A stretch of 64,000 bases of DNA from Muribaculaceae bacterium (GCA_022509225.1 JAFLTM010000001.1:22880-86879); one strand, 5' to 3'; counted from the first letter of the stretch, positions 49,613 to 60,249 are shown. Notes: a model not told the origin generated them from the sequence alone. Numbers and translations are program-made.

Positions 49613-50806
49613 ATGAATATGGCAAAGAAAAAAGCGGCTGTTAAAAAGGCTGTCAGAATAAGTGACGCCGATGAAAAGAAAAAAGCTCTTGAAGTGGCTT
49701 TGGCTCACCTTGAAAAAGACTTCGGCACCGGCACTATCATGAGGCTCGGGGATAACGCTGTCCAAAATATAGAGACCGTTTCCACCGGATCTATCGGACT
49801 AGACTATGCATTAGGCGTGGGCGGCGTGCCTCGCGGAAGGGTTACTGAAATTTTTGGCGCCGAATCTTCGGGTAAAACCACTCTCGCAATCCATATAATA
49901 GCGGAAGCACAGAAAGCCGGTGGCGTATGTGCCATCATTGACGCCGAACACGCCTTCGACAGATTTTATGCCGAACAATTAGGCGTGGATGTGAATAATC
50001 TTTGGATAGCACAACCCGACAATGGTGAACAGGCTCTTGAAATCGCCGAACAACTTATCAACTCCGGTGCTGTGGATGTCCTCGTCATCGACTCGGTTGC
50101 CGCATTGACACCAAAAGCTGAAATTGAGGGAGAAATGGGTGATAAGAATGTCGGCCTCCAGGCAAGACTCATGAGCCAGGCAATGAGAAAACTCACAGGC
50201 TCAATCTCCCGAACCAGGACATGCTGCATATTTATAAATCAAACCCGTGAAAAAATCGGTAATATGTATGGCCCCGCCCAGACCACTACCGGGGGTAACG
50301 CTCTCAAATTCTATTCAACAGTGAGAATGGAAATTGCTCCTTCAACCGTTTTGAAAGATAACGACGACAAACCTATAGGAAGAATCGCTAAAGTAAAGGT
50401 TGTTAAAAACAAAGTGGCACCTCCCTTCAAAAGAGCCGAATTCGACATCATGTTCGGGCAAGGAATATCCAAGGCCGGTGAAATTATTGAATATGGCGTG
50501 GAATTGGGCGTGATCAAAAAAAGCGGTGCCTGGTTCTCCTATGATGGAAACAAACTCGGACAAGGGAAAGAGGCCGTGAGAAAACTTATAGCTGAAAATC
50601 CCGAGCTCATGAAGGAACTTGAAACAAAAGTGAGGCAGGCTATTGAAGAAAATATAGCAAAAGACAAAAACAAATCATTCAATCCAATATTATCTTCCGA
50701 AAATAAAGATGACAACGACTCATCTTATTCATCCGACGATGATTTCAGCTCTGCGGCAGCAGAAAGTGACGACTTTTTCGAGGAAGATCTGGAAATAGAG
50801 GTGTAA
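49613..50806 (+). CDS. recA: Recombinase RecA
   Basis: [38 protein letters not shown] and KNKVAPPF; -7 box TATATTTG at 49554-49561. Confidence 0.98.
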   Translation: MNMAKKKAAVKKAVRISDADEKKKALEVALAHLEKDFGTGTIMRLGDNAVQNIETVSTGSIGLDYALGVGGVPRGRVTEIFGAESSGKTTLAIHIIAEAQKAGGVCAIIDAEHAFDRFYAEQLGVDVNNLWIAQPDNGEQALEIAEQLINSGAVDVLVIDSVAALTPKAEIEGEMGDKNVGLQARLMSQAMRKLTGSISRTRTCCIFINQTREKIGNMYGPAQTTTGGNALKFYSTVRMEIAPSTVLKDNDDKPIGRIAKVKVVKNKVAPPFKRAEFDIMFGQGISKAGEIIEYGVELGVIKKSGAWFSYDGNKLGQGKEAVRKLIAENPELMKELETKVRQAIEENIAKDKNKSFNPILSSENKDDNDSSYSSDDDFSSAAAESDDFFEEDLEIEV

Positions 50807-50820
50807 GACTTCATCAGAAT

Positions 50821-52347
50821 TCAGATTCCCACAGTCTTGCCGGTGATTCTTTTCAACATGGAAGAGATCACCGGTATTTTTTCATACGATGCCACAACAC
50901 CTGCATAAATAAGAAGCAAGATTGTACGCAATATGAAACATCCCCACATTGGAAATATATATTCCATGAGTATCCCTGCAACATAAAAAATTAGAGCTAA
51001 AAATGTGTAGGCACCTATCACCTTAATTTCGTAGGGTAGCGGATAATAATGCCGACCTATAAAATAACTTAGCAACATGACGATGAAATAGCTTGCCAGT
51101 GCAGCCCATGCCGACCCCATATAGCCGTCGGGCACACCTATCCATCTCACCCACCATACGTTCAGACCCGCCATTATCACAAAACATATAAGGGAAAGAT
51201 ACATGCCCCATCTTGTCCTGTCGGTTAGTTTGTACCATAGCGACAGGTTGAAAAACACTCCGAAACATAATTCGGCTCCCATCATCACAGGAACAACCCT
51301 TAGACCCGACCAATAAGAGGGTGAGATAAAAAACCTTAGCACCGGAAGATAAAACATCACTCCGAGAAATATCAGCCACCCGAAAATTATGAAAAATTTC
51401 ATCGCGTCGGCATACATCTTGCCCCGGCTTTCCCCTTCATTTTTTGCCTGCGCGAATATAAACGGTTCATAGGCATACCGGAAGGCTTGCGTGAACATAA
51501 CCATCACTATTGCAATTTTCATATTCGCCCCATATATACCCACCATAGACCGGGCCACCTCCTCGTCGCTAAAGAGATATGGGATAAGGAGCTGACCCAT
51601 GTTTTGGCTCAAAATCCCGGCAATTGCCAAAATGAGGAGAGGCCAGCTGTAGCTCAACATTCGTTTCAATAGAATCAACGAGAATCCCCACCTTCTTCCC
51701 ATAAGCTGAGGCATGAGAAGGATCAGGATGATGTAGGAAGATATGATGTTGGCAATGAAAATCCATCCAATACCGAAAGAGGCACCCCCCAAGGCACCAT
51801 AGAACCATGAAATAAGCCCCGGATTTGTTTTAGCAATCTCGGGACATACCAAAAGAAAAAACAAATTTAGCCCTATATTGAGTCCTACATTTATGAGCTT
51901 TATGCCCGCAAAACGCCATGCCCTGTTTTTATATCTCAAATATGCGAATGGAAGATTACAGAATGCGTCAACGGCAACAGTGGCACCGATAAGCCATACA
52001 AATAAAGACTGGTCGGGAAGCCTTAATCCTTGCGAAATAGGTTGAAGAAACACAGTTAACAGAATCAGGAAAATCACTGAGGTTGTCCCGACTGAAATCA
52101 GTGACGTGGTATAAACCTTTTCCGGATTATCCTCCTTGTTGGCAAACCGGAAAAATCCGGTCTCCATTCCATAATTCAGGATCACGAGCATAACTGCCGT
52201 AAGACCATAAAGATATGTGACTATACCATATTCCTCGGAGGGGAACAGATAGACATAAAGAGGCACAAGACACCAGTTAAGGAATCTCCCTATAATGCTG
52301 CTTAGCCCATAAACTGCAGTGTCTTTGGCAAGGGATTTTATACTCAT
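50821..52347 (-). CDS. Polysaccharide flippase-like (Wzx/MOP family) membrane protein
   Basis: LAKDTAVYGLSSIIGR, YGMETGFFRF and FRYAYEPF, with 12-14 TM helices. Confidence 0.88.
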   Translation of the reverse strand: MSIKSLAKDTAVYGLSSIIGRFLNWCLVPLYVYLFPSEEYGIVTYLYGLTAVMLVILNYGMETGFFRFANKEDNPEKVYTTSLISVGTTSVIFLILLTVFLQPISQGLRLPDQSLFVWLIGATVAVDAFCNLPFAYLRYKNRAWRFAGIKLINVGLNIGLNLFFLLVCPEIAKTNPGLISWFYGALGGASFGIGWIFIANIISSYIILILLMPQLMGRRWGFSLILLKRMLSYSWPLLILAIAGILSQNMGQLLIPYLFSDEEVARSMVGIYGANMKIAIVMVMFTQAFRYAYEPFIFAQAKNEGESRGKMYADAMKFFIIFGWLIFLGVMFYLPVLRFFISPSYWSGLRVVPVMMGAELCFGVFFNLSLWYKLTDRTRWGMYLSLICFVIMAGLNVWWVRWIGVPDGYMGSAWAALASYFIVMLLSYFIGRHYYPLPYEIKVIGAYTFLALIFYVAGILMEYIFPMWGCFILRTILLLIYAGVVASYEKIPVISSMLKRITGKTVGI

Positions 52348-52356
52348 AAGGTAGGA

Positions 52357-53388
52357 TTACTCTTCGAAAAGGCTGCCCGGACTATTGGGATGCCTTCTTT
52401 TAAGATGAGTGTAGGCCAGGTCGGTGGCTTCACGCCCTCGCGGTGTTCTCTTCAGGAAGCCCTCCTTTATGAGAAAAGGCTCATACACCTCTTCAAGCGT
52501 GCCGGAATCCTCGCCCAAGGCCGTGGCGATAGTCGTGAGCCCTACCGGACCTCCCTTAAACTTGTCTATTATGGTCAGAAGGATCCTGTTGTCTATCTCA
52601 TCAAGGCCAAACCTGTCGATATTAAGTGCCTCAAGCGCATGGCGCGCTATCGCCAGATCTATCTCACCTGAACCTTTCACCATGGCGAAATCTCTTACTC
52701 TCCTCAATAGAGCATTAGCCACGCGAGGTGTGCCGCGACTTCTTAATGCAATCTCCAAAGCGGCGTCATCATTGATCTTCACTTTCAACAAACCCGCCGA
52801 TCTCTTCACAATTCCCTGCAGAACATTATGATCATAATATTCAAGATGGCAGTTTATGCCGAACCTTGCCCTTAAGGGCGAAGTCAGAAGTCCGCTTCTC
52901 GTTGTGGCACCAATTAATGTGAAGGGGGCTATATTCAATTGCACACTCCTTGCGCCGGGTCCCTTGTCAAGTAATATATCTATCCGGTAGTCTTCCATTG
53001 CCGAGTAAAGATATTCCTCAACTATGGGGTGGAGTCTGTGTATCTCATCTATAAATAGCACATCTTTCTCCTCAAGACTCATAAGGATGCCGGCAAGATC
53101 ACCGGGCTTGTCCAATACCGGACCCGACGTAACCTTGAATCCGACTCCAAGTTCATTTGCCATTATATTCGACAACGTTGTCTTTCCAAGACCCGGAGGA
53201 CCATGAAGCAAGGTGTGATCCAACGCCTCGCCACGCATTCTTGCAGCTTTTACGAAAACGCGCAGATTTTCAATGATTCCCTCCTGTCCGTTGAAATCAT
53301 CAAACACCAAAGGACGCAATGCCTTCTCTATATCTTTTTCAGTTTCCTTGAGGCTGCTACGCCGTATGTCGAAATCTTCATCTTGCAT
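52357..53388 (-). CDS. ruvB: Holliday junction branch migration helicase RuvB
   Basis: [32 protein letters not shown] and RTPRGR. Confidence 0.98.
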   Translation of the reverse strand: MQDEDFDIRRSSLKETEKDIEKALRPLVFDDFNGQEGIIENLRVFVKAARMRGEALDHTLLHGPPGLGKTTLSNIMANELGVGFKVTSGPVLDKPGDLAGILMSLEEKDVLFIDEIHRLHPIVEEYLYSAMEDYRIDILLDKGPGARSVQLNIAPFTLIGATTRSGLLTSPLRARFGINCHLEYYDHNVLQGIVKRSAGLLKVKINDDAALEIALRSRGTPRVANALLRRVRDFAMVKGSGEIDLAIARHALEALNIDRFGLDEIDNRILLTIIDKFKGGPVGLTTIATALGEDSGTLEEVYEPFLIKEGFLKRTPRGREATDLAYTHLKRRHPNSPGSLFEE

Positions 53389-53625
53389 ATTGCAAAGTTA
53401 GCAAATTATTGCGATTTGCCTGCTATCGGGGTAAGGTGGTATTAAACATTAAAGAAACACTGTAAATTAATATAAATTAACAGTTTTTAATTAGTCTTGT
53501 TTTATTTTATAACTTTTTGAAAATAAGAATAGTTAGTGTTGGCCATTAGCTTTGTAAACCACGATTTTACAAAAATTCAAGTCTAAAATTTGTGTTTCAT
53601 CAAATATAGAGGTAATTTTGCACCC

Positions 53626-53720
53626 GGGTGAGTCCTGCACGACTTGCTCCCCGTAAATCCCCCAGGTCCTGACCGAAGCAAGGGTAGCGGGTTGAGCTGT
53701 GCGATGTAGATCGCTCTCCC
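53626..53720 (+). ncRNA. ffs: Signal recognition particle RNA (4.5S)
   Basis: Ends pair (GGGTGAG/CTCTCCC); domain IV core CCCCCAGG...AGCAAGGG; -7 box TAATTTTG at 53613-53620; directly upstream of tRNA-Thr. Confidence 0.8.
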
Positions 53721-53724
53721 ATCT

Positions 53725-53798
53725 GCCTCTTTAGCTCAGTTGGCCAGAGCACGTGATTTGTAATCTCGGGGTCGTTGGTTCGAATCCGACAAGAGGCT
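53725..53798 (+). tRNA. tRNA-Thr (TGT)
   Basis: Acceptor stem GCCTCTT/AAGAGGC, D arm TAGCTCAGTTGG, anticodon loop TTTGTAA, T arm GGTTCGAATCC. CCA is not encoded. Confidence 0.96.
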
Positions 53799-53855
53799 CA
53801 AAGAAAACGCTGCTACTGCAGCTTTGCGTTTAATGTTTTTCATAATTTTGTTTTG

Positions 53856-53887
53856 GCGGTGTGTTTGCGAAAGCATACCGTTTTTTT
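53856..53887 (+). terminator. Terminator after ffs-tRNA-Thr
   Basis: CGGTGTGTTT...AAGCATACCG stem with G-U pairs, followed by T7. Confidence 0.7.
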
Positions 53888-53897
53888 ATTACGCTCT

Positions 53898-54656
53898 TCA
53901 GTATCGGAGACTGCCTGCTTTGCCGAACCATGAAAGAGGATCCAACGCCACACCTCTATACCTCGTCTCGAAATGTAAATGTGGACCTGTTGAGTTGCCG
54001 GTGCTTCCCCCCAAACCTACAGCATCGCCCGCTGAAAGCTTTTGTCCCGGTTTTGCTATCCCCAATGTGAGGTGGGCATAGAGGGTTTCAACCCCTCCCG
54101 AATGACTTACAACAACATAATTACCATAGCCCGCCGGGTCATAGCCGGTTTTGGTCACGACTCCGGGTAAAGAACTTTTCACCGTGTCGCCATATTGCAG
54201 GGCAATATCTATCCCCTTATGGAATCGTCCGAATTTGGGTCTGTAGCCATAATATGACGTTATTGGCCCCTTTATTGGAAAAATGAAGTCTCCGGTTTCA
54301 TATTCGGGAAGTTCCCCTGAATAAGGCGTGTATCTGCTGACCCGGTTAACAGGAGACTTAGCCCAACTCCCTTTCTCATAATAGTCGTGTTCCTTATAAA
54401 CATCTGCCAAATAGCTTAATACATCAGCTGTCACCTCATCACCTATTGTTTCTTCAGCGTAAAAGCCAAGCACGATATCCTGCAGCTCTATCGGCACTTC
54501 TATCTCGGGAACGGTGTCGTTCGACATAACTATATCCACCAATCCGCTGATCAGATCTTTTTTTGTTTCACCTAAATTGGAAAGCCCCAACGATATCCAT
54601 ACAAAAAGGCACAAAGTCACCATAACCTTGCGCCCTCTTCTTATCGATTTTTTCAT
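53898..54656 (-). CDS. M23 family metallopeptidase
   Basis: HKGID and STGPHLHFE zinc motifs, with an N-terminal TM/signal segment. Confidence 0.93.
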   Translation of the reverse strand: MKKSIRRGRKVMVTLCLFVWISLGLSNLGETKKDLISGLVDIVMSNDTVPEIEVPIELQDIVLGFYAEETIGDEVTADVLSYLADVYKEHDYYEKGSWAKSPVNRVSRYTPYSGELPEYETGDFIFPIKGPITSYYGYRPKFGRFHKGIDIALQYGDTVKSSLPGVVTKTGYDPAGYGNYVVVSHSGGVETLYAHLTLGIAKPGQKLSAGDAVGLGGSTGNSTGPHLHFETRYRGVALDPLSWFGKAGSLRY

Positions 54657-55849
54657 TCTTTTTCTTTGTCTGCCGGGAACTCTTCACCTCTCTCCGGACT
54701 TCCTTCATTTCCCTCTTGTGATGTTTCTTGGTTACCCTGATATTCCTTCACTTTGCTTTTATATTCCGACACAAGCGGAGTGCCAAACAATATCCAGGCT
54801 GCACAGGCCACGAAGGCAAGAAATATAAAACCTCCTATGATAAGTCCTTTTTTGGGTGAAGTGGGTTGAATAGGAACAGTGGCAGGGGTTATTTCAGTGT
54901 AAACCGGCGTTGTTTCCTGAACCTTTGATTTTGCATTCTGAACCTGGATGGCAGTTTCATTATAAACATTAAACGCCAGATCTGCCTCATTTTCCAAACG
55001 GTCTTTTGTAACCTGTGCCGACTTCGTGGCAAGGTTTTGGTTGCGGTCTACATAATCGGCAAGACGCTGCTGTGCCTCATAATAGGCATCCTGTGCCTCG
55101 GAATTCAGCATTTCGGCGTAATCAAGGTCTTTTCTTGCCTTATTCGTGCGGTAATCGGTCACATAATCCTGAAGTCTTTTCACTACAGTGTCAGCCAGAA
55201 CAGCGCTGATAAGCGGATCCTGCATCTCAGTCTCTATACTGATAAGGTTGGTTTTCTGATCCACACTGGCCTTCACCCTCGACCGGATCATCCCCACAAG
55301 GCCCATCTCCTCCGGTGTCAGTTTAAAATTATCCGTGATTATAATTGTGTCGACCTCATCCTTTTTTTTGCCGCCTGATAAAACAAACCCGACGGCCCGC
55401 ATAGGTAATCCTGTTATATATCCCCACCATGGTTTTTTTATCTCTTTTTTTAGATAATCCCTCAAGAGGTATTCATTCCCTTCCGAATCCGTTAGAGGAA
55501 CATTAAACAGGCTGGTGGCAAATGGAACCGACTCTACAATGTCGGGATAGAGCTGCGGATAAACCGCATCCGATCCGGAAGAGGAGCCGGTCGACAATCC
55601 CGCCATCGATGCCAAGGCACTCAATCCTCCTGAAAAAGACATCCTCGTGCCCTGTGATTCCGGTGCAAGCTTGATTTCGGTGGTGTATTCTTTAGGTATG
55701 CTGAAAGCAATAATCAAACCTGCTATGGCACCCCACATACACCAAACCAACAGAAGTTTCCGCTGACTCCATAGTTTATATGCAAGTTCAAGAAGATCTA
55801 TCTCTTTTTCCTCTTCTTCCGGCTTATTTACTTCGGGATCATCTTTCAT
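54653..55849 (-). CDS. wzz: Polysaccharide chain-length determinant (Wzz-like)
   Basis: EIDLLEL, two TM helices, coiled coil and PATVP..PTSPKK. Confidence 0.88.
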   Translation of the reverse strand: MKDDPEVNKPEEEEKEIDLLELAYKLWSQRKLLLVWCMWGAIAGLIIAFSIPKEYTTEIKLAPESQGTRMSFSGGLSALASMAGLSTGSSSGSDAVYPQLYPDIVESVPFATSLFNVPLTDSEGNEYLLRDYLKKEIKKPWWGYITGLPMRAVGFVLSGGKKKDEVDTIIITDNFKLTPEEMGLVGMIRSRVKASVDQKTNLISIETEMQDPLISAVLADTVVKRLQDYVTDYRTNKARKDLDYAEMLNSEAQDAYYEAQQRLADYVDRNQNLATKSAQVTKDRLENEADLAFNVYNETAIQVQNAKSKVQETTPVYTEITPATVPIQPTSPKKGLIIGGFIFLAFVACAAWILFGTPLVSEYKSKVKEYQGNQETSQEGNEGSPERGEEFPADKEKE

Positions 55850-55890
55850 CGCTTGTTGTTTTGTGGAATTGCTATGCTCTCCCCATGAAG

Positions 55891-58389
55891 TTACTTGAAT
55901 ATATTGGCCACTGTGGCTGCCAAGGTTGCGACTGATGTGAACGTGGTAGCCAAAGACATGATCGCTGTCCAGTTAACACCTCCGCCTGCTGTCTTGGTCG
56001 GCACTATAATCTGGCATCCCGGCTCTATTTCGGTGCTCCTCTTGGCTTTTGCAACCGTTCCGTTTAAATAGACTATAAACGCCTTGCCCTTCTTCGCCTT
56101 TTCTCCATAACCACCGGCCTGATCTACGTAATACTTCAGTTTTTTACCCGGCTCATATACAACTGAGTTCGGGAACATGACATCACCTGAAATCTTGACG
56201 GTGCTTTGCATCTGCGGAATATAAAGCTGGTCGCCCTCTACAAGAACAAGATCATAGTGACTGCCCGGATACTGCAGTGCTTTCTCAAGGTCAATGCCGA
56301 CATTATAGGTGTCGGCAACAACTATCTTGCTCAATGCCACCGAGTCTGCACCCTGGCCTTGTGCCATTGCGAATCTCATGGTTTCCTTTCTCGCCTCGAA
56401 TTCATCCTCGGTGAGTTTCCTTTCAAGATGCGCACCTTTCACATAGGCCGCATCCAACACACCTCCGGCACGGCGCACAAGATCAGACACGCGTTCGTTT
56501 CTTTTTTCAAGAACATAATCTCCGGCAAAAAGCACCTCACCCTTCACGGTGACTGAAGTCTGCGGCTCATATCCCGGACTTAACCTTATATGCACCATAT
56601 CGTAGGGCTTAAGCTCAAAATTCACACCCGTACCTACTTTCAGAGTCTTATCAATTGACACCTGGAACAATTCCGCCAACTGAGGTGTCTGAGTAGTGGC
56701 CTCGGGATCAACTATTCTTCTTGCAATATCAACCCTGGCTGTTGACGCTCCTTCAAGAAGACCTCCCGCTTCAAGTATCAGGTCTTCAAGTGTTGTGTTC
56801 TCTGCATAAGGATACTCGCCCGGATTTGCGACCTGCCCGTCTATGGTCAGTGTGCCACGGTCGATTATTTCATCCATGCTTGATATCACAAGCACGTCGT
56901 TTTTCTTTAATTCAATATCCGGTTCGCGTCCGCTCAATATTGCTCCAAGATCCAGAGCCAACACTTGCAGCTGCAATTCCGGACCTTCACGATAAAGCAA
57001 CGCCCTCCCGGTATAGGCATCCTCTTCAAGACCGTCGGCAAGGGCTATAAGCTCTGAAACGGTGGTCATGTTAGGACTGATGGCATACATCCCCGGACGC
57101 ATCACAGATCCCTGCAGCTCAACACGATTGGAATATCTGTCTAATACAGTGCCGATTGTCACTACGTCCCCATCCTGAAGATGATAGGTCTGAAAATCGT
57201 TACGATCTACATTATATAGCTCGTTTTCAGTGGCCGTATGTCTCTCAAGTCTTATCATGCCTGAATATGCATCTCCCGTGAAACCTCCCGCATATTCCAA
57301 TAGATCCGCCAATGTTTCTTCAGGTCTCATCTCATAATACATGGGACGCTTCACATTTCCGGTGACATTAACAAGCTGCTCGTAGGGAGGGACTATAACC
57401 ACATCTCCCTCCTGAAGTAGAATATCGCCGTCTGATTTCCCTTTCAATAGATAATCATAAACATCTATTCCGGCAACCTTTCTACCGTTTCTCAAAACCT
57501 GGATATTTCTTAACGAACCGATGTCGTTAACACCACCGGCAAGATACAACGCATTGAAAACCGATGAAAATGGCGACACAAGCAATGTGCCGGGCACTTC
57601 TACCTCACCGAGTATGTTCACCATGATTGTGCGTGCCTCTCCCAAGGTTACCTGAATATCGGTTTCCTCATCATTCACACCTGCATATTTCTTTGAAAAC
57701 TGCGACTTGATGTGTTTGTTGGCTTCCGATATCGACATCCCGTTGAGATACACCGGCCCTAGCTGCTCAATCATGATGCTGCCTTCCGGAGAAATTATCT
57801 CCTTCAAATGCTCCTCGTTAGCACCCCAAATATCAATGAAAACCTGATCACCGGGCCCGAGCCGATAGTTCTGAGGAGTGCCTATATTCACGTTCGGTTC
57901 GAACGTGAGGTCATTGCTGTTGAATATGTCATGGCCGAAAATCGTCTTCCCGACATCGCTCTCTTCCGAATAATCGTCATCGAAATTGTCATAATACAAC
58001 CCGTAGTCGTCTTCCAACATCATATCACCGTCAAGGCTCAGTCCGCTCCCCTTTTGTTGTTTGGCAAGTGCAGCCCTTCTCTTGTTGAGCTTGCTCCGTT
58101 CCTCTTTCGTGAGAGTCTTGGTGTTCTGCGCAGATGTCCTGGTTCTGTCGGTTGACATGGACCCTTCTCCGAAAAGATCCCCCTCCTCCCCCTGGTCATA
58201 CAGTTTCTTGATGCGCAATGCCTGCTCCGTGGTAACACCCTTCGAAAGCAGCTCCTGACCGATTTCAGCTTGCGACTTTCCGGAGGCTGCCTGTTGTTTT
58301 ATATAGGCAATCACCTGTTGGTCGGTCATTGACCATCCGGCGAAAATTCCGCCCATCAGTAATGTGAGCAGGAGATATCTTCTTATCAT
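55891..58389 (-). CDS. wza: Polysaccharide export protein (Wza/KpsD-like, multiple SLBB domains)
   Basis: YRLGPGD PES motif and repeated GEV/GNVxxP...AGG SLBB units. The start is probably 58389 or 58410, because a -7 box occupies 58447-58454. Confidence 0.9.
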   Translation of the reverse strand: MIRRYLLLTLLMGGIFAGWSMTDQQVIAYIKQQAASGKSQAEIGQELLSKGVTTEQALRIKKLYDQGEEGDLFGEGSMSTDRTRTSAQNTKTLTKEERSKLNKRRAALAKQQKGSGLSLDGDMMLEDDYGLYYDNFDDDYSEESDVGKTIFGHDIFNSNDLTFEPNVNIGTPQNYRLGPGDQVFIDIWGANEEHLKEIISPEGSIMIEQLGPVYLNGMSISEANKHIKSQFSKKYAGVNDEETDIQVTLGEARTIMVNILGEVEVPGTLLVSPFSSVFNALYLAGGVNDIGSLRNIQVLRNGRKVAGIDVYDYLLKGKSDGDILLQEGDVVIVPPYEQLVNVTGNVKRPMYYEMRPEETLADLLEYAGGFTGDAYSGMIRLERHTATENELYNVDRNDFQTYHLQDGDVVTIGTVLDRYSNRVELQGSVMRPGMYAISPNMTTVSELIALADGLEEDAYTGRALLYREGPELQLQVLALDLGAILSGREPDIELKKNDVLVISSMDEIIDRGTLTIDGQVANPGEYPYAENTTLEDLILEAGGLLEGASTARVDIARRIVDPEATTQTPQLAELFQVSIDKTLKVGTGVNFELKPYDMVHIRLSPGYEPQTSVTVKGEVLFAGDYVLEKRNERVSDLVRRAGGVLDAAYVKGAHLERKLTEDEFEARKETMRFAMAQGQGADSVALSKIVVADTYNVGIDLEKALQYPGSHYDLVLVEGDQLYIPQMQSTVKISGDVMFPNSVVYEPGKKLKYYVDQAGGYGEKAKKGKAFIVYLNGTVAKAKRSTEIEPGCQIIVPTKTAGGGVNWTAIMSLATTFTSVATLAATVANIFK

Positions 58390-58508
58390 AGAATTGTATT
58401 TCTTTATCATTCTTGAAACAAAGCCTCGAAGCTTCGTTATAATCAGCAAATTTAATAAATTTATGCATCAAGAGCAAACTCTCCCTTATAGCATGACTTT
58501 GAGTTTTT

Positions 58509-60242
58509 TCAACCCATCATGTCGCAATAAATGTCGAAGGCTGCGCGTATATTTTCAGCTGAAGGCTCATGATTGATTTCCGGTTCGCCGATTTCTTTTA
58601 AAAGTGTGAAATTCACTTTTGAATTCCCACGGTTTTTCTTGTCGTGACCCATGAGTTCTTCTATCCTGTCATAGTCTTTGCAACCTGCCTGTAGCTTAGG
58701 ATAATACACCTTTAAAATGTCATTGGCATAAAGGGAGAGCTCCTTTGAGTCGAAGCCCAATATCAGATTGCTCAATATTAACTCAACAAGCATACCGTGG
58801 GCTACAGCCTCCCCGTGGGTGAGATCTATATTTCTTTCCAACGCAAGACTTTCGAATGCATGACCTGCAGTGTGTCCGAAATTCAATATTTTTCTCAAAC
58901 CTTTTTCAGTGGGGTCACTTGCAACCACCGCTTCCTTTATCTCCACACATTTCCTCATCCCCTTCTCTAACGTAACAGATGATGAAACAAATTTTTCCAC
59001 ATCAAACAGCTCCATGTAAAAACCTCGGTCGGCTATCAAGGCTGTCTTCAGCATCTCGGCATATCCCGACATTAGGTCTCGTTTCGGCAAAACCTGCAAC
59101 GGAAGGGAACTGATTATAACCTCCTCCGGGAGATGGAAAGCACCTATCTCATTTTTAAGACCTTGAAAATTAACACCGGTCTTCCCCCCCGTCGCCGCAT
59201 CAACGGCTCCAAGAAGTGTGGTGGGAAAATTCACGCATCTGATTCCTCGTTTAAAGGTTGACCCCGCAAATCCTCCGGTATCGGTTATCATTCCTCCTCC
59301 GATATTGATAAGCAGGCTGTTGCGTGTAGCACCTTCCGCTTCCAAGGCTTCCCATATTTTTTCAACCGACTTCAACGTTTTGTTCTCTTCTCCCGGCGAC
59401 AAAACAACCCTTCTGGATCTATTTACCACTTCAGAATCCTTGAGAAGGGGGAAAACAAGTCGTTCCACATTTCTGTCGGTAACCACAACCATCTTGTCGG
59501 CAGAAAGATTTTCAACAATATTGTCAAGTTCTAGGGCAGGATTTCCAGGCAGATTCTCTTCCAACCAATCTGCAAAAGATTCCATATTTGGGAATATCAT
59601 GTCGGCTCCCGCCTTTTCAAACTCCTCCCGTGGTATTGGGCCCGTTGTGACCGCAATTGTGAAGAGTCCCGCAGCCTTTCCCGCTTTAACTCCCATAGGG
59701 GCATTTTCAATAACTATCACTTTTCCCCTCTCCTCGCCCGATTTTTCAAGCCCTTTGAGGTAAGGCTCGGCATCAGGCTTCCCTTTTGTAACATCCAGAG
59801 CGGTAACCATCCGTTCTTTTGGGAAAAATCCGGGGTAATCATTATTCAGACTGTCTATCAGACTTTCTTGTGCGCTCCCGGTTACAAGCACTGTCTTTAA
59901 TCCTCTCCTTTTCAATGCTTCCAGCATTTTTCCTGCTCCCGGCATTTTCAACTTTTGCCCGGAATCAACAAAAATCTCCGCCTTTCTTGCATAAAGTTTT
60001 TTATGTTCTTCCTCAGTGCCCTCTCTCCCTAATTCTCTTTTGAAAATCATGTCGATTGTGGCATCACCGGTCATCCCCTCATAAAGATAGAATTCTTCCG
60101 GATCTACATTCAGACCCAATTCCTTAAACATTCCATACCATGCCTTGGCATGATGCGGCATGGAATCATAGAGGACACCGTCCATATCCACCAATGCCGC
60201 CCTGATATCACGCGGCAACACTCTCTGATTCTCTGCTTTCAA
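58509..60242 (-). CDS. aroB: Fusion: HAD hydrolase (beta-PGM-like) plus 3-dehydroquinate synthase
   Basis: N-terminal DMDGVLYDS, VTGS, GKPDAEPY and IENAPMG. C-terminal GGGMITDTGGF, PTTLLGAVDAATGGKTGVN, KNEIG, YAEMLK, LNFGHTAGH, HGEAVA and HDKKN. One uninterrupted ORF. Confidence 0.88.
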   Translation of the reverse strand: MKAENQRVLPRDIRAALVDMDGVLYDSMPHHAKAWYGMFKELGLNVDPEEFYLYEGMTGDATIDMIFKRELGREGTEEEHKKLYARKAEIFVDSGQKLKMPGAGKMLEALKRRGLKTVLVTGSAQESLIDSLNNDYPGFFPKERMVTALDVTKGKPDAEPYLKGLEKSGEERGKVIVIENAPMGVKAGKAAGLFTIAVTTGPIPREEFEKAGADMIFPNMESFADWLEENLPGNPALELDNIVENLSADKMVVVTDRNVERLVFPLLKDSEVVNRSRRVVLSPGEENKTLKSVEKIWEALEAEGATRNSLLINIGGGMITDTGGFAGSTFKRGIRCVNFPTTLLGAVDAATGGKTGVNFQGLKNEIGAFHLPEEVIISSLPLQVLPKRDLMSGYAEMLKTALIADRGFYMELFDVEKFVSSSVTLEKGMRKCVEIKEAVVASDPTEKGLRKILNFGHTAGHAFESLALERNIDLTHGEAVAHGMLVELILSNLILGFDSKELSLYANDILKVYYPKLQAGCKDYDRIEELMGHDKKNRGNSKVNFTLLKEIGEPEINHEPSAENIRAAFDIYCDMMG

Positions 60243-60249
60243 ACTCTTA

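Noticed and set aside
53725-53900. Integrated element at tRNA-Thr
   Set aside because: There is no integrase and no duplicated tRNA 3' end; the tRNA is followed by a terminator and host genes.
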